The position numbers and the translations under genes are program-made. Below are positions 26,659 to 32,000 of a stretch of DNA of 32,000 nucleotides, piece after piece. The notes beneath the pieces were generated by a model. The model saw nothing but the letters and a program-made list of their open reading frames with translations. It ran no database searches and was not told the DNA's origin. The DNA comes from Nitrosococcus oceani ATCC 19707 (GTDB taxonomy: Bacteria; Pseudomonadota; Gammaproteobacteria; Nitrosococcales; Nitrosococcaceae). The stretch spans positions 210,001 to 242,000 of the forward strand of contig NC_007484.1 in the NCBI RefSeq assembly GCF_000012805.1, given 5' to 3'. The stretch's first letter is position 1, and every line of letters begins with the position of its first letter.

Positions 26659-27104
26659 ACAAGTTCTTTGATAAAAATTTTGAAATATTGGCGCGAAAAG
26701 GGGGTAGCGTTTTGCAAACCCGTTTTTCCTCCCTGATACCCGCTCCTTGAGGCCGCCTAAAATATTTTACGATCTGCTCCAGAGCCTCAGTGATCTCACT
26801 GGCCAGGATCTGCGAGCAGGGAATTCTTGGTGCCGCAAGCCGCAAATCGTTCGCCTCACAGTAGGAGGGACAGTCCCAAACCGGTATAAGAAGAGCCATA
26901 ACCGGCGCAACAGAAATTTGTCAGAATTTTTTACATAATCGGTAGTGTGTGCCAGGCACGGTTGCGAGGAATCCAACTCAACTATCTGAAATTAATTGAC
27001 TTTTTGTCTATCCAAAAAAAATTAGCATAAATTTTGCTTACTAATTGTCGAATGCCTTTCACTACTTATCGCAATTGTCGCAACCCAAACTAAAGGTAAA
27101 AAGC

Positions 27105-27788
27105 ATGATCATTCGATTGATGTTATCGCAAGTACGAACCGGAATATTCGCCATGCTCATGTTGGCCGTGTTTACCAATCCAGCGTTTGGCGGACTCATC
27201 CAGGTTGACATGGGTGCAACGGGCCAAGACGTACAGGCCGGGTGGTTTCCCCTTACGGAAAGTGGTGGGCCGGTTGCGATTGCTGCCGATTTTGCAGCGG
27301 TGGGTACCGACATAATATTCAGTAGCACCCTGGACGAGTTTCAAGATCGTGGAAATATCGCAGGTCCTTTGGCAGATGTGATCGAGGACTTCGCTTTTGA
27401 AAGGCCAGGGCCGACGTCTCTAACATTCTCCAATTTAGCTGCCGGCCTCTACACGCTCACCGGTTACCACAATGACTTTAGTTTTCCTGGACAGTTTAGA
27501 TTCAGTGCAACGGCGGTTAACGGTGCGCTCGCATCTGATATCTTGGGGGCACAGGATATTATTTCTGGCACGACTACGCCGGTCACTAGCGTCATCACGT
27601 TCACGGCCGATGGCAGCACAGACGTCGATGTAGTTTACACGGCTACTAGACTCGGCAGCGTCTTCAATGGGTTTGAGCTGGAGAGGATACCCGCCACCGC
27701 TGTTCCCGAACCCACTACCCTCGCCCTACTGGGCCTTGGCTTGGCGGGGATTAGATTCTGTAGACGGCGCAATAGGCGACCCGTTTAA
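27105..27788 (+). CDS. PEP-CTERM sorting-domain secreted protein
   Basis: C-terminus VPEPTTLALLGLGLAGIRFCRRRNRR, that is PEP motif, TM helix and Arg cluster. N-terminal signal peptide MIIRLMLSQVRTGIFAMLMLAVFTNPAFG from ATG 27105, which has AAAGG upstream. The TTG at 27045 in the ORF track would add 20 non-signal residues and is less likely. Confidence 0.8.
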   Translation: MIIRLMLSQVRTGIFAMLMLAVFTNPAFGGLIQVDMGATGQDVQAGWFPLTESGGPVAIAADFAAVGTDIIFSSTLDEFQDRGNIAGPLADVIEDFAFERPGPTSLTFSNLAAGLYTLTGYHNDFSFPGQFRFSATAVNGALASDILGAQDIISGTTTPVTSVITFTADGSTDVDVVYTATRLGSVFNGFELERIPATAVPEPTTLALLGLGLAGIRFCRRRNRRPV

Positions 27789-28325
27789 GAAACGCTTGCC
27801 CTCCTGGCCCTTGCTCGTAAGGCCGGGGCGCCCGGAACCTGCACCAAACTCCTTGGGGCGTAGGAAGTCGTCACACCTTCAGGTGGCCATATAGAGCATC
27901 CGTGGATACCGAAGGTGCCCTTGGAGGTACATCAATCAGCTTCCCAAGCTATGTACGTCTACCCCCACCGTGAAATCACCTCATAGTAGACTTTTCTTTG
28001 GTGACTCCAAGTGGCCATTCATGGCCGGTAGCTATCAGCAGCAGGTTGCTTCTTCTACAGTGCGGCCGGCTTCCGAAAATGATACATAAACTCTCATCTA
28101 AACCGGGCGGGGATATAAGCGGGCTGGTTCTAAATTCACAGAGGGCTTATAATTTTAATAAAGTGTAAGAGCTGTCCGTCTTCACCTTGAAAGTCTCTTC
28201 AAACGGTAAAATCAACAGTTCGAGAAGCTGGACAAGCCCCCCCGATAGGGTGGGGCCATCGCAAGGAAACACTATATATCTATCAATTTTTTTACAAAGG
28301 GATCTTAAGATCTGGTTAATCTTCT

Positions 28326-28919
28326 ATGACCAATATTCCGTGGGATGCGCGTCTTGCGGCCTTGCTTGTCCGGCCCCTTTGTAACTCCTGGGTTACACCT
28401 AATCATCTGACAACTTTGCGGCTAGCGACAGGGCTTGGCGCAGCGCTGTGTTTTGGGAGTGGTGAATGGCTCAATTTGGCCGCTTGGTTATGGGTTATGT
28501 CGACTTTTCTCGATCATACTGATGGTGAACTGGCCCGAATGAGCGGCAAGCAGTCCCGTGCTGGCCATTTTTATGATCTTATAACGGATGCGGTTGCAAC
28601 TATTGGTCTATTTATGGGGATTGGCTGGGGTCTCAGCAGTTCCTTGTTGGGAGGATGGGCATTATTTATGGGAGCGATCGCGGGGATTGCCATCGCTATT
28701 ATTTTTCATTTTCGTAACGAGATTGAACAGCGTTCCGGGAAAGCAGCGACAAAGCAACCTGGTTTTGCAGGTTTTGAACCCGAAGATAGCTTATATTTAT
28801 TACCGCTGATAACCTGGCTGGATGGTTTAGCTCTATTGCTTTTGATAGCGGCCTTGATAACTCCCATTATTGCCATTGTTGTTGGCTGGCAATATCTTAC
28901 GCAACTCGATAAGGTGTAA
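28326..28919 (+). CDS. CDP-alcohol phosphatidyltransferase family membrane protein
   Basis: 197 aa and polytopic. Family signature D-x2-D-G-x2-A-R-x8-G-x3-D-x3-D is present as LDHTDGELARMSGKQSRAGHFYDLITDAV. Confidence 0.8.
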   Translation: MTNIPWDARLAALLVRPLCNSWVTPNHLTTLRLATGLGAALCFGSGEWLNLAAWLWVMSTFLDHTDGELARMSGKQSRAGHFYDLITDAVATIGLFMGIGWGLSSSLLGGWALFMGAIAGIAIAIIFHFRNEIEQRSGKAATKQPGFAGFEPEDSLYLLPLITWLDGLALLLLIAALITPIIAIVVGWQYLTQLDKV

Positions 28920-29080
28920 TTTAGGAGGGATAGGGTATAAAATATATTTTACAGAGGCGCACTCTTAAGGTTAGGTAGATAAAATCAGAATGGCACAAGT
29001 TGTGCATAAGTTTATTTATGATTTCAAGCTACGATCATTCTGGGAGTAAACTAGCAGTGTCACGCTTTCTTAGCAAAAAA

Positions 29081-29347
29081 ATGGAACGCCGCCAAAATTC
29101 AAGAAGACAGAGCGCGGTTAAAGTCTATTTATCCTGGCCAGGGCAGGAATCTCAATGCTGCCGCGTGAAAAATCTTAGCGCAACCGGAGCATTTATCGAA
29201 GTTGGGGCGCTACGAATTCCTGAGGATAGGATCATTAAATTGGCTTTTGTGCTCCCGATTAATTCTTTGATTAAGATACACCGTTTATCTGCTATTGTGG
29301 TGCATCGTTCTCATCAGGGACTGGGGCTTATGTTTCAGCAAGTTTAG
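29081..29347 (+). CDS. PilZ-domain (c-di-GMP binding) protein
   Basis: RRQNSR (RxxxR) followed about 25 aa later by NLSATG (D/N-x-S-x-x-G), the two halves of the PilZ c-di-GMP switch. The start is uncertain: ATG 29081 is favoured, and ATG 29018 or TTG 29000 are possible. Confidence 0.7.
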   Translation: MERRQNSRRQSAVKVYLSWPGQESQCCRVKNLSATGAFIEVGALRIPEDRIIKLAFVLPINSLIKIHRLSAIVVHRSHQGLGLMFQQV

Positions 29348-29363
29348 CGCTTGAAGCGCTTTT
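29346..29363 (+). terminator. Weak hairpin terminator after the PilZ gene
   Basis: AGCGCT-TGA-AGCGCT followed by TTT. It overlaps the TAG stop. The stem is short, the loop is 3 nt and the T-tract is short. Confidence 0.25.
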
Positions 29364-29444
29364 AGCAAGGCTGGTATACTTTATCTTCGTTTGCTGTGGC
29401 TTTTGCTGTTGGTCTGTTGCACAATCAGGCAACAGTATCTGGCT

Positions 29445-29702
29445 TTAACTATCTCCAGAAGTCTTCATTTCTAGATAAGATTGCCCATCGACCTCCAGAA
29501 GTCTGTCCAGGCGGATAATTTCGCCTGAGCCTAGAACTGTAAATTCCTCCTGGTTTTTTGTATAAATATCAGTGATGGTATCTAGCGTTTCAATAATTTT
29601 GCCATCCATAGTTTGGTAAAAGATGTGGCACTGCTTGCGAAGAGTAGCGAGTGCTTCAAGTTGGTCATGAAAATTACAATTTATGGGGATGTAGTCGGGC
29701 AT
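29445..29702 (-). CDS. rof: Rho-binding antiterminator Rof (YaeO family)
   Basis: 85 aa. Y-x-PINC-x2-xD-x-LE-x-A at the N-terminus and GE.I.LDRL near the C-terminus parallel E. coli Rof (..YQPINCDDYDNLELA.. ..GETRELRLDKI..) as I remember it. Confidence 0.7.
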   Translation of the reverse strand: MPDYIPINCNFHDQLEALATLRKQCHIFYQTMDGKIIETLDTITDIYTKNQEEFTVLGSGEIIRLDRLLEVDGQSYLEMKTSGDS

Positions 29703-29766
29703 CTTCGTAAAATCCTCCTAAGTGTAGAAAAACATCCATGATTTATATTCTTCGTGGAAGGAGAGC

Positions 29767-30024
29767 TCATCGCTGTCCAGCGTGAGTCCACTGATGAATA
29801 GCTTCAAGGGTGAAAGGCCAATTCAAAGTTAGTCCCGAATCTGGTTGTAGGAGTACGGGAATTCGGGTTCCATAGCGCTCAACTAGCAGAGGATCATTCC
29901 CGATATCTACTTCCTCGGTGGTAATTTCAGGAAGCTGCGCCAGCAGTTGGCGCGCCTCTTCGCACAGGTGGCAGCCTGCAGTATGGTAGAGAATAAGCCG
30001 TTTCGAATGAGTGGTGATAGTCAT
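29767..30024 (-). CDS. Glutaredoxin-like small thioredoxin-fold protein (DUF836 type)
   Basis: LILYHTAGCHLCEEA (CxxC after beta-1) and RYGTRIPVL (cis-Pro loop). ATG 30024 is favoured over the TTG at 30057 used by the ORF track. Confidence 0.7.
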   Translation of the reverse strand: MTITTHSKRLILYHTAGCHLCEEARQLLAQLPEITTEEVDIGNDPLLVERYGTRIPVLLQPDSGLTLNWPFTLEAIHQWTHAGQR

Positions 30025-30161
30025 TGGATAATTAACTGAAGCAGGGTTGGCGGCCAAAAATAATGATTGGTTTCGTAAGGATTTCGCTGTAAAGCCTTTT
30101 CACTAGGGATGGTCCCGTTTAGGATTTCTTAAATCATGGGTAGTATAGCATCGGCGCGTTA

Positions 30162-30821
30162 GTGAAAACCCATTCTTGGAATTTATCGCCTAAGGAGGCC
30201 GTGGCATTGCAGCGGCGGCTTGCCGATCAAGTAGTTGCTGAAGATCGCTTGGGGCAAGTTCATTTTGTTGCCGGGGTCGATGTGGGATTTGAAGAGCAGG
30301 GTAAGATCACCCGGGCTGCGGTAGTGGTTCTCCGGCTTGCCGATCTGAGTCTGGTCGAGCAGGTCGTTGCCCGGCGGCCCACCCACTTTCCCTATATTCC
30401 CGGACTATTGTCATTCCGCGAGTGTCCCACAGTGTTGGCGGCGCTGGAGAAATTAACCGTAACGCCAAATCTGCTGCTCTGCGATGGTCAGGGAATCGCT
30501 CATCCGCGCCGTTTTGGGATCGCTTGCCATCTAGGGGTGCTCACCGGCTTGCCGAGTATTGGCGTGGCTAAAACTCGTTTGGTCGGCAAACATGGGCCGG
30601 CACCGGATAAGCGCGGTGGCTGGACGCCCCTGACCGATAAGGGTGAGACGATAGGTGTCGTATTGCGCACGCGCATCAAAGTCAACCCTGTCTTTGTCTC
30701 GACAGGCCACCGGATTAGCCTGCTTACCGCCATCCAGTATGTAATGGCGTGTACTACGCGTTATCGGCTTCCAGAGACGACGCGCCTTGCCGATAAGCTT
30801 GCCAGCGGCTCCAAAAAATGA
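30162..30821 (+). CDS. nfi: Endonuclease V (deoxyinosine 3' endonuclease)
   Basis: 219 aa with a GTG start. Motifs [37 protein letters not shown] and VSTGHRISL match Nfi. Confidence 0.9.
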   Translation: MKTHSWNLSPKEAVALQRRLADQVVAEDRLGQVHFVAGVDVGFEEQGKITRAAVVVLRLADLSLVEQVVARRPTHFPYIPGLLSFRECPTVLAALEKLTVTPNLLLCDGQGIAHPRRFGIACHLGVLTGLPSIGVAKTRLVGKHGPAPDKRGGWTPLTDKGETIGVVLRTRIKVNPVFVSTGHRISLLTAIQYVMACTTRYRLPETTRLADKLASGSKK

Positions 30822-31012
30822 GCCTAGGGGATGTTTGCACTATTTCGTTCCAGAGCCTGTTTTTGTAAAATTTTTATTTTTAATAGCTTAGATCGATTTT
30901 AAAGCAGCTATGTATACAACGATGCCCCATGCTAAGGAAAGCCAAATTCTATTCCAGTTTATACTTTGCTTCCATGATTTCGGGCAGCGCTTAAAAGGGA
31001 GTCAGGCATCTT

Positions 31013-32000
31013 ATGAGTGATGCCCGTTGGATGAAGCAGCATAGTACTGTTTCGCTCAGGCGTCTGATGCCTCGTCTGGAGGCGCGTTTCAAGGCGCAGG
31101 TCGATCCTGACGAGTGGCAGGGTTACGTGCAGCGCCTAGAGACCCATTTTCCAAGACTGTTTGATTGCCTATATCGCCTCTATGGTCAGCAATATGACTT
31201 TTTCTTCCATCTAGAAAGCATTCTGGCGTCGGCTACGGAAATGTGGTGGGTGCGCCCCGCCGAACTCAAGGCGTTGGATGCGCTCCGGACTGCCGATCCC
31301 TATTGGTACCAATCCCACCGCTTGGTGGGTGCTATGTGCTATGTGGATCTTTTTGCTGGCGATTTGGTCGGCCTGCGCGAGCGTATCTCCTATTTAACTG
31401 AGCTGGGGATTAATTATTTACATCTCATGCCAGTATTTAAGGTGCCCGAAGGGGATAATGATGGGGGCTATGCCGTCAGTAGCTATCGTGAAATCAACCC
31501 CAATCTGGGAACAATGGAAGATCTGGTCCGGTTGGCCGATGAGCTGCGCTATCGAGGCATTTCCCTCTGCCTGGACTTCGTATTCAATCATACTGCCGAT
31601 GAGCATGACTGGGCCCGCCGTGCCCAGGCCGGTGATCGAGAGTATCAAGAGTATTATCGCATGTTCCCTGATCGGGAATTGCCAGATGCTTATGAGCGTA
31701 GCCTCAATCCCATTTTTCCCGATGAACATCCAGGATCGTTTACTTACCGTAACCGCATCCGCAAGTGGATCTGGACTAGTTTCCATAATTATCAATGGGA
31801 CTTAAATTATGAAAATCCGGTGGTTTTTAACCGGATGCTGGAAGAAATGCTTTTTCTTGCTAATCAAGGGGTGGAGATTCTGCGCCTTGATGCGGTGGCT
31901 TTTGTCTGGAAGGAGCTAGGTACCAGTTGTCAGAATTTACCCGAAGCGCACATCATTATCCAGGCTTTCAATGCCTTGGTGCGTATCGCCGCGCCGGCCA
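31013..32000 (+). CDS. Amylosucrase (GH13 sucrose glucosyltransferase), 3' end outside the window
   Basis: It is not in the supplied ORF track because no stop is reached. I translated it by hand from ATG 31013 (AAGGGAG RBS upstream) and found no stop to nt 32000. ..YLHLMPVFKVPEGDNDGGYAVSSYREINPNLGTMEDL.., LDFVFNHTADEHDWA, FPDEHPGSF, WDLNYENPVVF and GVEILRLDAVAFVWKELGTSCQNLPEAH closely parallel the Neisseria polysaccharea amylosucrase regions I remember. Confidence 0.85.
   Translation, partial: MSDARWMKQHSTVSLRRLMPRLEARFKAQVDPDEWQGYVQRLETHFPRLFDCLYRLYGQQYDFFFHLESILASATEMWWVRPAELKALDALRTADPYWYQSHRLVGAMCYVDLFAGDLVGLRERISYLTELGINYLHLMPVFKVPEGDNDGGYAVSSYREINPNLGTMEDLVRLADELRYRGISLCLDFVFNHTADEHDWARRAQAGDREYQEYYRMFPDRELPDAYERSLNPIFPDEHPGSFTYRNRIRKWIWTSFHNYQWDLNYENPVVFNRMLEEMLFLANQGVEILRLDAVAFVWKELGTSCQNLPEAHIIIQAFNALVRIAAPA

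Noticed and set aside
26615-26938. ORFs 26615..26899 (minus strand, 94 aa) and 26747..26938 (plus strand, 63 aa) downstream of ubiD
   Set aside because: They overlap each other, one overlaps the ubiD 3' end, and there is no RBS or recognisable motif. Either could be a relic, but nothing supports a call.
31418-31805. ORFs 31418..31795 (minus strand) and 31458..31805 (plus strand)
   Set aside because: Both are off-frame reads of the amylosucrase gene, whose own frame carries the GH13 catalytic signatures.

Overview
This is a 32-kb chromosomal window of roughly 50% G+C by eye. Gene content is typical of a gammaproteobacterium. A Nitrosococcus or Methylococcales-like marine organism is my guess, but I cannot verify it here.

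Gene order, left to right:
- Housekeeping block: a 5'-truncated RhdA-type rhodanese, cpdA and a NUDIX hydrolase.
- A Tat-exported Cys-type sulfatase, preceded by a striking 56-bp perfect palindrome.
- About 2.4 kb of gene debris: a frameshifted and nonsense-mutated gene of unknown function, an IS4-family fragment and a multiply broken IS630-family transposase. This debris ends at tRNA-Arg(ACG).
- A tetR-MFP-RND efflux operon with no outer-membrane factor.
- A relic ORF and a degenerate IS982-family element that still has its inverted repeats.
- A minus-strand copA-copZ-cueR copper operon with a textbook CueR operator.
- Two head-to-head SpoIIE/PP2C phosphatases, one GAF-linked and one 3xPAS-linked.
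- prlC, xthA, a TPR protein built from 150-bp tandem repeats, and ubiD.
- A PEP-CTERM protein, a small CDP-alcohol phosphatidyltransferase and a PilZ protein.
- rof, a glutaredoxin-like DUF836 protein and nfi.
- A 3'-truncated amylosucrase that is missing from the supplied ORF track because it runs off the window.

I found no rRNA, CRISPR array, intact transposase or integrase, or recognisable defence or toxin-antitoxin module.

I did not find a compelling, clearly novel multi-gene system. The best leads are:
- the 56-bp palindrome at the sulfatase start;
- the divergent orphan PP2C phosphatase pair, including a small ORF overlapping the start of the PAS phosphatase;
- an orphan intrinsic terminator in the copA-upstream spacer;
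- the near-identical 150-bp repeats in the TPR gene;
- the IS-littered mosaic next to the tRNA.

All functional calls rest on motifs I could read in the translations. No database search was run.
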